Below are positions 8,634 to 19,270 of a stretch of DNA of 64,000 bases, one piece after another. The first letter of the stretch is position 1; each line of letters begins with the position of its first letter. Both the position numbers and the translations under genes were made by a program. The notes beneath the pieces are model-generated. The model saw nothing but the letters and a program-made list of their open reading frames with translations, was not told the DNA's origin and searched no databases. The stretch is from a virus: IMG/VR virus record IMGVR_UViG_3300024503_000419. One strand, given 5' to 3'.

Positions 8634-9884
8634 ATGCCTGAAAATCAATCTCTTCTGCAACAGATGGAGCATATGCTTCACTGGAAAAAGAGCAAAAAGT
8701 TCTATGCAGACAAACTCAACATTACAGAAAGCGAAGTGGATGATTTGATAAAGGAGCTGCGAAGTTCGCAGATGGCACAGGATGACGCAGAGATAGGGAA
8801 CTACATTGGGGAGCTAGAAGATCAGATAGTAAGATTTTATGAAGACGTTCAAAGGGGAACTGGAGAAGTGGTCTTCAACTCTAAAGAGGAAATCAAAAGT
8901 TTAGATGAGCTCATTGAGAAGTGCAAGATTGATACAGAGAAATGGGAAATAACTAAATACGTACAAAACTACTGGGGAAATGCTGAGCAGCCTCACTACC
9001 AAGTGAAAGCATGGCTGGGCAAGAAGAAAGGAGAACAAGTTTTTCAAGATAATTTCATCACATTTCTTGAGACATATACACCTGTTTCGCCTGAGATAGT
9101 GGCTCCTAAGTATGATGCAGGCAGACAAGATGCTTGCCTTATTATCAACAAACAGGATGCCCATTTAAACAAACTAGATATAGCAGGGGATAACGATATA
9201 GACGAGCGTTTTGGTGATTTCATACAGAGGGTGGAGATCATCCTAGACCAAGCCTCTCTAGCCAACAATCTCACAGATATCAAATACATCATTGGTTCTG
9301 ATGAGTTCAATAGTGAGTTTACCAACACCACTACAAAGGGTACACCCCAACAAAACATCTTGTCCTATCACGATGCTTTCCAAGCTATCTGTGATCATGA
9401 AGTGAGTGTGATAAACCTTCTCCTTCAGAAGGGTGAAGAAGTGGAGGTGATATTTGTAGCTGGCAATCATGATGAGTATGTAGGATGGCATTTAGCCAGT
9501 TGGTTGAAAACCTATTACAGAAAAGAATATCGTGTGCATTTTGACATATCTCCAAGGTATAGGAAGTACGTAAGTTATGGAAGTTCTGCAATGATGTTCA
9601 ACCACGGAGATGCTCTTAAGCCTGCAAAACTTGCGCATCTGTTCCCAATGGAGTTCAAATTTGCATGGTCAGACCACGATAATTTCTACATATTTACAGG
9701 TGATAAACACCATGAAATGAGTTTAGATTTCAATGGTATTAAGTTCTATCAGCTTCCAGCCTTCTCCACAGCTAAGAGTGGATGGGATGATAAAAATGGG
9801 TACACAATAACCAAAGGTGAAGTGACAGGATTCTTGATAGACTATGATAATGGAATAACAAATATATTCAAACAGTATTTATAA
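8634..9884 (+). CDS. Calcineurin-like metallophosphoesterase with a possible N-terminal HTH
   Basis: Motifs DAH, GSDEFN, GNHDE, FNHGD, TGDKHH; N-terminal YADKLNITESEVDDLIKEL is helix-turn-helix-like. Confidence 0.8.
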   Translation: MPENQSLLQQMEHMLHWKKSKKFYADKLNITESEVDDLIKELRSSQMAQDDAEIGNYIGELEDQIVRFYEDVQRGTGEVVFNSKEEIKSLDELIEKCKIDTEKWEITKYVQNYWGNAEQPHYQVKAWLGKKKGEQVFQDNFITFLETYTPVSPEIVAPKYDAGRQDACLIINKQDAHLNKLDIAGDNDIDERFGDFIQRVEIILDQASLANNLTDIKYIIGSDEFNSEFTNTTTKGTPQQNILSYHDAFQAICDHEVSVINLLLQKGEEVEVIFVAGNHDEYVGWHLASWLKTYYRKEYRVHFDISPRYRKYVSYGSSAMMFNHGDALKPAKLAHLFPMEFKFAWSDHDNFYIFTGDKHHEMSLDFNGIKFYQLPAFSTAKSGWDDKNGYTITKGEVTGFLIDYDNGITNIFKQYL

Positions 9885-10612
9885 TGTCAACTTTTAGGAA
9901 GTTAGTTTCAGATGCGCGCTCTATGCACAAGTTGCTCTCCACAGACAACTTGATCACAGATAGAGCTATTATGTCTGAGATTAAGAACAATGCCTTCCTC
10001 TTGATAAAGCGTGAGACTAATCTGAGGAAGTTATGGGCAACCGATACAGTTTTTACCACCATTCCTTGTCTAGAGATGGTGGAAGTTCCTATTTCTGAAT
10101 GCTGTGATTATGCTGATCCTTGCACGGTCTCTAGAACGAAGTTTAAGCTTCCTAGGATTACAGAGGGTAACTATCAGTATGTAATTCAGGGTGTTTATTC
10201 AATTAACGCCATGAGTGGACAGGGAAAGAAACTTAAGGAAATAACCATCAACCGATACGTGAATTTGCTCAAGCTTCCAATTATTAAGAAGGAAGAATAC
10301 TATTGGATTTCAAATGGGTATCTGTATGTAAACAACCCATTGCTAAAAGCAATCAGACTAGTTGCTCTTTTCGAGGAAGATGTTCCAAATGAGATAATGT
10401 ATCCAGAATGTGGATGTGGAACTCCTAGCTATACACCAGAGCAACTGTGTGTAAATCCTTTAGATAAAGAATCTCCAGTGCCTGGCTACCTAGAAAAGCA
10501 GGTGTTAGAGCTCACTTCTCAGAAGCTTCTCACTACGTATTTCAAACTTAAGACAGACATCACAAGTGATGGCGTTGATGGTCAAGCACCTAACGCTCCA
10601 AACTTGAGATGA
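9884..10612 (+). CDS. Tail ring/tubular protein
   Basis: 242 aa, ring-protein size and pattern (YYWISNGYLYV, ALFEED, PVPGYLEKQVLE), upstream of HU and the muzzle as in crAss-like genomes. Confidence 0.65.
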   Translation: MSTFRKLVSDARSMHKLLSTDNLITDRAIMSEIKNNAFLLIKRETNLRKLWATDTVFTTIPCLEMVEVPISECCDYADPCTVSRTKFKLPRITEGNYQYVIQGVYSINAMSGQGKKLKEITINRYVNLLKLPIIKKEEYYWISNGYLYVNNPLLKAIRLVALFEEDVPNEIMYPECGCGTPSYTPEQLCVNPLDKESPVPGYLEKQVLELTSQKLLTTYFKLKTDITSDGVDGQAPNAPNLR

Positions 10613-10613
10613 T

Positions 10614-11096
10614 ATGAGAGTAAAGATAGACTGGCGAAGCGCTAGCAAAGATAACTACAACAGTTTCTGTAAGAAACATCCGTCCATCAAGCTTACATTT
10701 GATCAGTGGAGAAACATCATCTATTCTTTTAATGATGCCTTTAGAGAATATATTCTTGAGACAGGAGAACGAGCAAAGCTGCCCTTTGGGTTTGGTGAGT
10801 TCTCAATAAGCAAGAAGAAGCGCAGGAAGATAAAAGGAATAGATGGTAAAGAGTTTGTCAATCTTCCTATTGATTGGAAGAAGACAAAAGAAAAAGGTAA
10901 GCGTATATACAATTTCAACTTTCACACAGAGGGTTATTTCTTTGGATGGATGTGGTTTAAATTAACAGCTAGGTTTAAACACTCACCGCTGTGGTATTTC
11001 AAACCTTCCAGGAACACGTCTAGGCTTCTCTCCCACTATCTGAGAGCTGATGACAAATACCAACATTTATATCAAGAATGGAAAAAAGCATTATAG
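10614..11096 (+). CDS. HU/IHF-like DNA-binding protein
   Basis: AKLPFGFGEFSISKKKRRK matches the HU/IHF arm motif; an IHF-like gene is typical of crAss tail modules. Confidence 0.7.
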   Translation: MRVKIDWRSASKDNYNSFCKKHPSIKLTFDQWRNIIYSFNDAFREYILETGERAKLPFGFGEFSISKKKRRKIKGIDGKEFVNLPIDWKKTKEKGKRIYNFNFHTEGYFFGWMWFKLTARFKHSPLWYFKPSRNTSRLLSHYLRADDKYQHLYQEWKKAL

Positions 11097-12068
11097 ATGG
11101 CATACTATTACAAATATAATTTCGTCACTCCTGAGCCTATCTACTCTATCGTCAAGGAAGAGTTTAAAAGCTATTTTGATACAGGAGCTGTAGATGATTT
11201 GATGTTTCCCACCTATCTAGACAAATGTCTCAGAAAGCTGGGAAGAACCACTTATGTGATTTCTCAAGAGATTCTTCACATCTGTGACTATGAAGCAAGA
11301 CTCCCAGATAATTTCTACGCTGTTCGTGAAGCTTGGCTTTGTACAGCTGTAAATGGTTTTCCATATCAGCAGGCCAACTCGTTCTATTCACAAGCAGCTA
11401 GCTCTACAACTATTCAAGTGAGCCCTGTGATTGTGTATGGTAATCCTTGTGAAGAGGGTAATTGTGGTCAACAGTTTTGTCCTAAGTGTATGCCTGATTT
11501 GGTGCAAGCTGTATATAAGACAAATAATCAAGCACCTGTACTCTATAGAAAGGAATATCTTCTCAAGCCTGGTAATATATCTGCACAGGGTAACTGTGGT
11601 GTAGATTATACCAACAACTGGGAATTCTATCAAGAGGCACCTCCTATCAACGAGTTTACACCTGGTTCCTCCTGGTATGATTCATTTGATATTAGAGACA
11701 ATAAGTTTGTTACTAACTTCCGCAATGGTGTAGTGCATCTGCTTTTCTATGCAACAGAATATGACCAAGTGGGTAACCAATTGATTCCTGACAACTATCG
11801 TATCAGGGAGTTTGTGGAAGCCTTCATTAAGTATAAAGTGATTGAAACGCTCACCAATCAGACCAATGATGAGACATTTAATCAGCTTCAACAAAAGCTA
11901 GCTTTCTACAAACAGCAGGCTGATGAGGCGTTCATTATGGCTGATATTGAGATTAAGAAACAAGATCCTTGGACCAAGCAACGCAGAATAATCAACGATC
12001 TTAATAGGTTTAACATGTATGAACTACCTAACCGTACCAATAGATATGGTTGGAGACGCAATAACTAA
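11097..12068 (+). CDS. Tail ring/tubular protein
   Basis: 323 aa directly upstream of the muzzle; YEARLPDNFY and LIPDNYRIREFVEAFIKYK patterns. Confidence 0.65.
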   Translation: MAYYYKYNFVTPEPIYSIVKEEFKSYFDTGAVDDLMFPTYLDKCLRKLGRTTYVISQEILHICDYEARLPDNFYAVREAWLCTAVNGFPYQQANSFYSQAASSTTIQVSPVIVYGNPCEEGNCGQQFCPKCMPDLVQAVYKTNNQAPVLYRKEYLLKPGNISAQGNCGVDYTNNWEFYQEAPPINEFTPGSSWYDSFDIRDNKFVTNFRNGVVHLLFYATEYDQVGNQLIPDNYRIREFVEAFIKYKVIETLTNQTNDETFNQLQQKLAFYKQQADEAFIMADIEIKKQDPWTKQRRIINDLNRFNMYELPNRTNRYGWRRNN

Positions 12069-12073
12069 CACTA

Positions 12074-15000
12074 ATGGCTGAACAGGAACAAGGTAATATT
12101 AGGCAGGAATATAATAATGCTACCACTGGTCTTAACATGGACCAAACCCCTAATCAAATACAGAAGGGGAAACTTACGTATGCATTAAACGCTGCTGTTG
12201 AAAACTTTGACTCTAATTCTGTAAACTATCAGAATGAGCCAGGGAATGAACTGTGTGTTACATTCCCTTCTGGCTTTGTACTTATAGGTAATCATTTCAT
12301 CCAAGAAAGAAACAAACATGTATTCTTCATCACCAATCCAGACACTGGAGCTAGTCAGATTGGATATATGGAAAACAATGATTGCGTCTATCGTGTACTT
12401 GTAAATGCTCCATGTCTCAACTTTAACACTAGCTATCCCATACAAAAGGTGGCGCACAAGATTACCAACTGCACCACTGAGATATATTGGACAGATGGTT
12501 ACAATCCCAGAAGATACCTAGACATTGACAACATTCCTAAGGTGTTGAAGTCTGGCACTCCTTTCTGCCATCCTGAGTATACAGACGATCTAGACTGTAA
12601 TCAACTCAAACTCCAGCCTAATTTCAAGATTCCTCAACTGGATGTAACAGATGTCACTAGCACAGGAAATCTCACTGCTGGCACATACCAGTTTGCTATA
12701 CAATACTCTGATCCTCAGGGCAATCCTTACACATCCTATTATTCTGTTACCAACCCAACACCTATTGCTGATGAGTTTATTACATCAGTGAACTTCAACT
12801 ATCCTGTTGGTAAATCCATCATCCTTAATATCAGCAATCTTGAGGACAGTGGGCTCTACCAATATTTCAACTTGGCGGTGATCAGAACAGTGAATGATAT
12901 CACTTCTGTGGAGCTAGTGGGTACATATTACATTGATAATGTACAAAAGCAAATCACATACACTGGTCAGAACGTTACACAAATCCGTCTTACCATCAAT
13001 GATATATTTGAGAAATTCCCTTATTATGATATTGCACAAGACCTGACAACAGCTCAAGATATTCTTATATGGGACAATCTTACATCCATTGATCGTATCA
13101 ACTATCAAAGCATTGCAAATCAAATCAATCTTCAGTGGGAAAGCTGGAGAATTCCTGCTAATGAGAATTACGCAGATGAATTGAATGCCACCAACCTTAG
13201 AGGTTATCTGAGGGACGAAGTGTATGCATTTGAAATAGTATTCTTGCTTAAGAATGGCAAGCAAACAGATGGATTCCATATTCCTGGTAGGATAGCAACA
13301 AGCTTTGACTTAACACCAGTTTCTCCAGCAAATGATGACTTCATTGGAGAACCTGATCCTTTTACAGGAACCAGTCCATATTGGAAGATATACAACACAG
13401 CATCTGTTACAGGATTTGCTCCTGAATATTCCCCTGCTGATGACTACAAAGGACCATACCAATATGGTCAGTTTGCATATTGGGAATCTACAGACACCTA
13501 TCCTTGTAATGCAGATGTTTGGGGTGATTTGGCTGGTCAACCAATTAGACATCACAAGTTCCCAGATATAAACATCAGTGCTGCATATGAGTCTAAGATT
13601 TTCTTAGGACCTACAGCAATGGTGCAGGGAAATGATGCTGTATTCCCTATTGGTGTACATCTGGATATACAGCAAGTGGAGGCTCTCATTCAGTCATCTA
13701 GTTTGACAGATGACCAGAAAAGTGATATTGTTGGATTCAAGATTATACGTGCAGACCGTGGCACAAACAAATCTATTGTAGCAAAGGGCATCCTTAGGAA
13801 TGTGAATACGTATGAAAGAGAGAAGCAAACCTACTTCTATCCCAACTATCCATACAACGATCTTAATGTAGATCCATTCCTTAATGAGAACAACAATGCC
13901 TGGACACAGATTTGTGATGATTACACAATAGAGATATCGTCTCTTGGTCCATGCTCTGATGGTGGTGCCAACTGTGCAGAGGTGTTATACACAGATTGCA
14001 ACAGTAATAAACAGGGTACACAGAAATATTATTCTACAGGAACATACCATTTATGTTCTACAAGCAAGCCTTTGGTGTTATCCCCTGCAACAGGAAGAAC
14101 AGGACTTTCTACATATGATGTTTGGGTGGCAACAATATGTCCTCCTACATTTTTAAAGACAGGTAATAGGATAGAATGGGTTGATATATACAACGGACCT
14201 TCTACAGAATGGATAACAGGATGGCCAAATGTAGAAACATTTACATTCAATGCAGTTCCTGGAACAATCCCAAAGGTGATAGAAGGAACACCTGATAATA
14301 TATGTTTCACTGGTCCTACACGTGTCACTGGTCCTAATTGTAAAATAGAAACTCCACAGCACGCTGTAACAGAGAAGTACAGACAGATATTCAACTCTCC
14401 TGAAACTTCCTTTGGACAGCCATTCTTAGGTGGTATTCTGAAGCTTGAGAGTGTAATGTTTGGTGGTGGCAAGGCCCATTTTGTTGAGGTGAAGAGCAAT
14501 GCTAAATACAAGCTCTTGACAGAACAAGCTCAGGTGGATGCTCTTAACAGTTCTAATAAACTAGGTGCTCTCACCACACCGTTTAGTGCCACTGCTATGT
14601 TCACCACATATCAGGCATATTTGACAATCTATGTAAACGGTATCACCAGAAAAAACTATGCTTATTCTTTCAACTCTGTAGCTGATTACAACTATGGTGT
14701 TGGAGTTCCTGACAACCTTGGTATAAAGCAGAGAAACTTAGACATTGCTAGATATTTGATTCCTGGTGTGCAGAATGTTGGTGATGTATACAACATCAAC
14801 AACTTCCAGAGGGAATCATCTGTATATTTGAGAACTGATCTAGACAGACCAGCGCTTCCTTTCCCAGACCAAAGTCCTAACATGGTGTCTTCAGGAAGTC
14901 CTTTGGTTACAGACAAGTCTAGATTCACCATATCAGAGATTGGTAACTGTGATGTTCCTGGTAAGGAAGAAGACATATCTGTTGTGTCTTATTATGCTTC

Positions 15001-17854
15001 TATGAAGAACATCTTCCCAAATCAATATGGACAGATCTATTCATATGACACTGTAGACACTGGTTATCAGGCAATTATAAATAGTGTTGACCAACCACGT
15101 ACAGTGTTTGGTGGTGATACATTCATCAGTAGATTTGCATTCAAGAGCAAGCTTCCTTTCTTTATAGATAATAGGGTGAACGCTCCTGATGACAGTGATA
15201 TATTCTATGATGAGATTGGTAATATAGCCTATCCAAAATACTGGCACTCAGCCAGATCTATTCTGAAGGATTATGTAAGTAGTGGAGGAACATTAACCAA
15301 CATCATATCTTATAAGGCTCACAACTTTGATTGCCCTAACGATCAGGGTGTTATTGTTACGCCTTCAATCACCACTACCACAACCACCACTATTTTACAA
15401 GGCACCATTATTTCAACCAATCCAAACAGGACATACTATGATGGATATTTCTATCTGTTTGCATATGGTATTCCCAACTTCTATTGTGAAAGCTCTTACA
15501 ATATTGACCTGCGTCAGGCGTTCAATAATAGAGAGGGTGATTTCTGGCCTCACGTGAGCACAGGTATTCCTGATGACTGGGTGCAGCAAAGCTTTGTACC
15601 TATTGCTCAGGATAACACCTACTATTACAATGTGAGCTATTCTAAGCAAAACAGGGAGAATACATTCACCCATTTGCCTATCGACTGGGACAAACCTTGT
15701 TACACCTACTATCCATTCAGAGCCATCTATTCTGATAGCCAGAACATAGATGCTGACAACAGAGTGAATAGCTGGTTGATTTACAGAGCCATCTCCTATT
15801 ATGATTTCCCTCAGAACTTTGGAGATCTTGTGTCTCTAGATGGAATTCAGAACAGAGCTGTTCTTGCTCGTTTTGAGAACAAGACACTCATGTATAACAA
15901 CCTCCTTACAATAGATACAAGTAACCCTCAGGCTGCCTATGTAGGCAATCCAAGGTTGTTTAGAGGAGCACCCCCAATTGACTTCGCAGAAACTGATTTG
16001 GGATATGTAGGAACTCAAAACAAGATGTTATTGAAGATTCCACAAGGACAAGTGAGTGTGGATGCTAAGAGGGGTCAGGTGTTCCTAATAGCTGGAACAG
16101 AGGCTGTAGATTTGTCTGGTTTTGGATCTGGTCTTAACAGGTTCTTTACAGACCATCTGGCATTTGAAATCTTGCGTTACTTCCCTAAGGTGAACACAGA
16201 CAACAACTTCACAGGGATTGGATTACATGGTGTGTATGACAGCAAGTATGACCGTGTGCTTATTACAAAGCTTGATTATGTTCCTAAGGTGAATTCCATC
16301 ATGTATGATGAAAATACAAGGACATTTTATGATGTTAAAGAAGTGAATGGTCTTATAATCAGAATACCTATATCTGTATCTGATGAAAAATACTTCTGTA
16401 ACAAGAGCTGGACAGTGTCTTTCAACTTCAATACAAAGAGCTGGATAAGCTTCCATAGCTATCTGCCTAATTGGTATATTGGAGAAAACAACTTCTTCTA
16501 TTCTGGTATCAACGGATGCTGTGATGACTTTGATGTGCTTGTTGGTACAATTGGACCTATTCCAACCACCACCACAACTACAACACTTGATTGTGCTCTT
16601 GCAGGTATTGTGTATCTTTACAACTGTGATTTGGAAGGAACAGCAACTCCTGTAACTACTACCACTACATCTAGTACAAGCACTACAACCACCACATCTA
16701 GTACTAGCACAACCACCACATCTAGCACAACCACCACATCTAGCACAACCACCACATCTAGCACAACCACTACAACGACTACCGCTCCACCTGAACCAAT
16801 TTATAGTGTTAGACGTTGCTCAGATGACTTTGGTCCATACAAGATAACTTACGGTACTGGTGATGTACCAACCCTGGTGGGACAAGCATTTTTACTAAAT
16901 AACGGTGGATCACCATTCGATGGAGCTACTTGCTGGTATATTGAAAGTTTATCAGTTGAAGGACCTGCTGATTATGCTGCTGTTGCATTCGGTACAGCTT
17001 ATGCAGATTGTGATTCGTGTCCTTCTTTAACAACTACCACCACCACTGCACCACCTCCAGAACAATATACACTAAACTATAGCGATGTTGGTTGTGCAGA
17101 AGCTTGTGCAGGATATGGACCTCCATGTTCGAATTGCTCTACATATTACGCAGCAACTGGTGATCCATTGGCTAATGGTACGACAATTTATACAGACTAT
17201 AATCTAACAACAATAGCTCCAAATGGATATTATTCCAACGGAGTTTCATGTTGGACAATAGCAGGTAGTCCTGGTGGTGTATTAAATGCAGAAAGTGCCT
17301 GTGTAACTACAACAACCACAACAACAGAAGCCCCTGTCACCACAACCACTACAACAACACCAACACCTACCACCACTACAACAACAACTGAGCCACCAAC
17401 TACTACCACTACCACTACAGCTGCATTAGTTTTGTCTAGTATATTAGTAGTTGATGATAATGCATATAGCACAACAAGCTTGGCATGTACAAGTAATATA
17501 AACCCAGGTAGTAGCGGAACATACGATTATATACAGGGTAAGGTGACTTGCACGTTGAAGGATCAATATGGAAATACCTTTACAAACAATTTAGGATATG
17601 CAGTGGATGTAGACATAGATGCTAATGTAACAGGATGTAGTCCTGGTACTGTACCATTCACTATATCAATACCAAACGGAAGTTCAAGTGGATACATCAT
17701 ATATGACGTACAAATAACAGACAACTGTGGTGATCCAGATGCATTCTCATGTACACAGAACACAACAACTATGGATTGCATCACAGCAATTACAAATAGC
17801 TACCCAGTTTATACAGGAAGTAATTTGGATTATTGTTCATCACCACCTTTATAA
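12074..17854 (+). CDS. Muzzle/tail stabilisation protein (P22 gp10-like) with C-terminal Cys-rich domains on poly-Thr linkers
   Basis: 1926 aa; N-terminal GLNMD...YALNA, YQFAIQY, YLRDEVYAFEIVF, VFGGDTFISRF, FDSK-like YDSKYDRVLITK and SWISFHSYLPNWY motifs of crAss muzzle proteins. Confidence 0.8.
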   Translation: MAEQEQGNIRQEYNNATTGLNMDQTPNQIQKGKLTYALNAAVENFDSNSVNYQNEPGNELCVTFPSGFVLIGNHFIQERNKHVFFITNPDTGASQIGYMENNDCVYRVLVNAPCLNFNTSYPIQKVAHKITNCTTEIYWTDGYNPRRYLDIDNIPKVLKSGTPFCHPEYTDDLDCNQLKLQPNFKIPQLDVTDVTSTGNLTAGTYQFAIQYSDPQGNPYTSYYSVTNPTPIADEFITSVNFNYPVGKSIILNISNLEDSGLYQYFNLAVIRTVNDITSVELVGTYYIDNVQKQITYTGQNVTQIRLTINDIFEKFPYYDIAQDLTTAQDILIWDNLTSIDRINYQSIANQINLQWESWRIPANENYADELNATNLRGYLRDEVYAFEIVFLLKNGKQTDGFHIPGRIATSFDLTPVSPANDDFIGEPDPFTGTSPYWKIYNTASVTGFAPEYSPADDYKGPYQYGQFAYWESTDTYPCNADVWGDLAGQPIRHHKFPDINISAAYESKIFLGPTAMVQGNDAVFPIGVHLDIQQVEALIQSSSLTDDQKSDIVGFKIIRADRGTNKSIVAKGILRNVNTYEREKQTYFYPNYPYNDLNVDPFLNENNNAWTQICDDYTIEISSLGPCSDGGANCAEVLYTDCNSNKQGTQKYYSTGTYHLCSTSKPLVLSPATGRTGLSTYDVWVATICPPTFLKTGNRIEWVDIYNGPSTEWITGWPNVETFTFNAVPGTIPKVIEGTPDNICFTGPTRVTGPNCKIETPQHAVTEKYRQIFNSPETSFGQPFLGGILKLESVMFGGGKAHFVEVKSNAKYKLLTEQAQVDALNSSNKLGALTTPFSATAMFTTYQAYLTIYVNGITRKNYAYSFNSVADYNYGVGVPDNLGIKQRNLDIARYLIPGVQNVGDVYNINNFQRESSVYLRTDLDRPALPFPDQSPNMVSSGSPLVTDKSRFTISEIGNCDVPGKEEDISVVSYYASMKNIFPNQYGQIYSYDTVDTGYQAIINSVDQPRTVFGGDTFISRFAFKSKLPFFIDNRVNAPDDSDIFYDEIGNIAYPKYWHSARSILKDYVSSGGTLTNIISYKAHNFDCPNDQGVIVTPSITTTTTTTILQGTIISTNPNRTYYDGYFYLFAYGIPNFYCESSYNIDLRQAFNNREGDFWPHVSTGIPDDWVQQSFVPIAQDNTYYYNVSYSKQNRENTFTHLPIDWDKPCYTYYPFRAIYSDSQNIDADNRVNSWLIYRAISYYDFPQNFGDLVSLDGIQNRAVLARFENKTLMYNNLLTIDTSNPQAAYVGNPRLFRGAPPIDFAETDLGYVGTQNKMLLKIPQGQVSVDAKRGQVFLIAGTEAVDLSGFGSGLNRFFTDHLAFEILRYFPKVNTDNNFTGIGLHGVYDSKYDRVLITKLDYVPKVNSIMYDENTRTFYDVKEVNGLIIRIPISVSDEKYFCNKSWTVSFNFNTKSWISFHSYLPNWYIGENNFFYSGINGCCDDFDVLVGTIGPIPTTTTTTTLDCALAGIVYLYNCDLEGTATPVTTTTTSSTSTTTTTSSTSTTTTSSTTTTSSTTTTSSTTTTTTTAPPEPIYSVRRCSDDFGPYKITYGTGDVPTLVGQAFLLNNGGSPFDGATCWYIESLSVEGPADYAAVAFGTAYADCDSCPSLTTTTTTAPPPEQYTLNYSDVGCAEACAGYGPPCSNCSTYYAATGDPLANGTTIYTDYNLTTIAPNGYYSNGVSCWTIAGSPGGVLNAESACVTTTTTTTEAPVTTTTTTTPTPTTTTTTTEPPTTTTTTTAALVLSSILVVDDNAYSTTSLACTSNINPGSSGTYDYIQGKVTCTLKDQYGNTFTNNLGYAVDVDIDANVTGCSPGTVPFTISIPNGSSSGYIIYDVQITDNCGDPDAFSCTQNTTTMDCITAITNSYPVYTGSNLDYCSSPPL
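16650..16790 (+). repeat. Mucin-like Thr/Ser coding repeat in the muzzle protein
   Basis: VTTTTTSSTSTTTTTSSTSTTTTSSTTTTSSTTTTSSTTTTTTT, including three near-exact 18-nt ACATCTAGCACAACCACC units. Confidence 0.9.
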
Positions 17855-17866
17855 AAGGATAAACTT

Positions 17867-18391
17867 ATGGCACAGACAGTATTAATAGTATTAACCACAG
17901 CAGGAACTAACACAGGCCCCTTTAGCCTGTATTCAAATGTGGACGGATTTGTAACACCGTTTGAACTTGGTGTATCTAAGGCAGCTCTTGAAGCTGGGTA
18001 CACTTCGTTTCTTGTCCCTGATGGTGCAACCATAATCAGAGTGAAGTCTAATGGTGTATGTACAAACTACATAGATATTCCTTTTGGTATAACCACAACC
18101 ACCACAACATCTAGTAGTACAACCACCACTACGAGCACCACTATTTCAACCACATCCACCACCACTACAACTTATTGTCAGTCTATTGGTGCAGGAGCTG
18201 GTTGCTTCAACTGGAACTTTACAGCAGGTGGAACAGGAGCAATTGTACAATGGACAGATTGTAATGGTAACAACCAAACATCAGTGTTGAATGAAGGTGA
18301 GTCAGGAAGCGGATGTTTGTGTGATGGTCAAACACCAAATGTTCTAGAAGGTAGTTTATCTATTATAAGTCAAGTGGGTACATGTCCATAA
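17867..18391 (+). CDS. Small virion-surface protein: Ig-like domain, poly-Thr linker, Cys-rich domain
   Basis: 174 aa; N-domain is paralogous to the N-domain of the gene at 18404; C-domain resembles the C-terminus of the gene at 44214. Confidence 0.7.
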   Translation: MAQTVLIVLTTAGTNTGPFSLYSNVDGFVTPFELGVSKAALEAGYTSFLVPDGATIIRVKSNGVCTNYIDIPFGITTTTTTSSSTTTTTSTTISTTSTTTTTYCQSIGAGAGCFNWNFTAGGTGAIVQWTDCNGNNQTSVLNEGESGSGCLCDGQTPNVLEGSLSIISQVGTCP

Positions 18392-18403
18392 TGCGTTTAA
18401 TAA

Positions 18404-19270
18404 ATGAGTAAAACAATTATCATAAAGCTGACTATCTCAGGACCAAGTGCAGGTCCCTTTAACATCACTGATGAATTTGGAAACATCATAGCAACTGGTG
18501 TTTCCAAAGAAAGTCTGATTGATGGTGTTAGCTACAGTGTTGCAGACGATGTGACAATGGTGACCATTGAGTCCACTGGTAAATGTAAAAGCAAGAAAAC
18601 ATTCCCAATCGGTGTGACAAATCCTGTAGAAATAGCAGCTTCCAGTTATAAACAAATCACAACAGCTTGTATCTGGAGGCATCTGAAGAATCCAGTGATA
18701 TATAATACGTTCTATGGAAACATAGAGCCATACATCATCGAGTATCCTTTTGCCTACCAATACTTTGACGAAATCCTTCAGAGTGTTAAAGACTACACAA
18801 AGGCATACAGATATTTCCCTGATGTGGATGGTGTATCAGATGACAACCGCAAGATAGAAACTGATAATGCCTGGTTTAATAAGGCAGTGTTGTACAATGG
18901 TCAACAGTCTTCTGGTGTGTTGGAACTGGTTCCAAAACCAATCAACAACTTGAAGGAATACTTGAAATATCCTTTATATAATGTTGATTCTAAGACAATT
19001 ACATTCACAAAATCAGATAACTTCTATCAATATAACACCTTCTGGTCATTGGTGAAGAACAAACAAGAACCTCTCTTCGTACGCACGTGCGAGTCTTTGT
19101 CTTTGGACAAGGTGGTTAATCAACCTAATATGGACTATGGCAAGAGATCCTTTAAGAAGGAACCTCTAAGAGCAAAAGATTTAAGGGTGAGACACATCCT
19201 AGATAATAGATCAGATGCACATCTAGTTTCTCAGTTTATTTACACACCAGCTCAAATCTCTTACAAATAA
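18404..19270 (+). CDS. Ig-like domain fused to the detached C-terminal segment of the muzzle protein
   Basis: IWRH...YNTFYGNIEPYIIEYPF...FNKAVLYNGQQSSGVLEL resembles what normally follows the FHSY.P motif in crAss muzzle proteins (recalled similarity). Confidence 0.6.
   Translation: MSKTIIIKLTISGPSAGPFNITDEFGNIIATGVSKESLIDGVSYSVADDVTMVTIESTGKCKSKKTFPIGVTNPVEIAASSYKQITTACIWRHLKNPVIYNTFYGNIEPYIIEYPFAYQYFDEILQSVKDYTKAYRYFPDVDGVSDDNRKIETDNAWFNKAVLYNGQQSSGVLELVPKPINNLKEYLKYPLYNVDSKTITFTKSDNFYQYNTFWSLVKNKQEPLFVRTCESLSLDKVVNQPNMDYGKRSFKKEPLRAKDLRVRHILDNRSDAHLVSQFIYTPAQISYK

Noticed and set aside
11094-11099. In-frame TAG-ATG junction that would fuse the HU-like and ring proteins by readthrough
   Set aside because: The same stop-ATG abutment occurs with TAA at 7081-7086; tight packing is the simpler explanation
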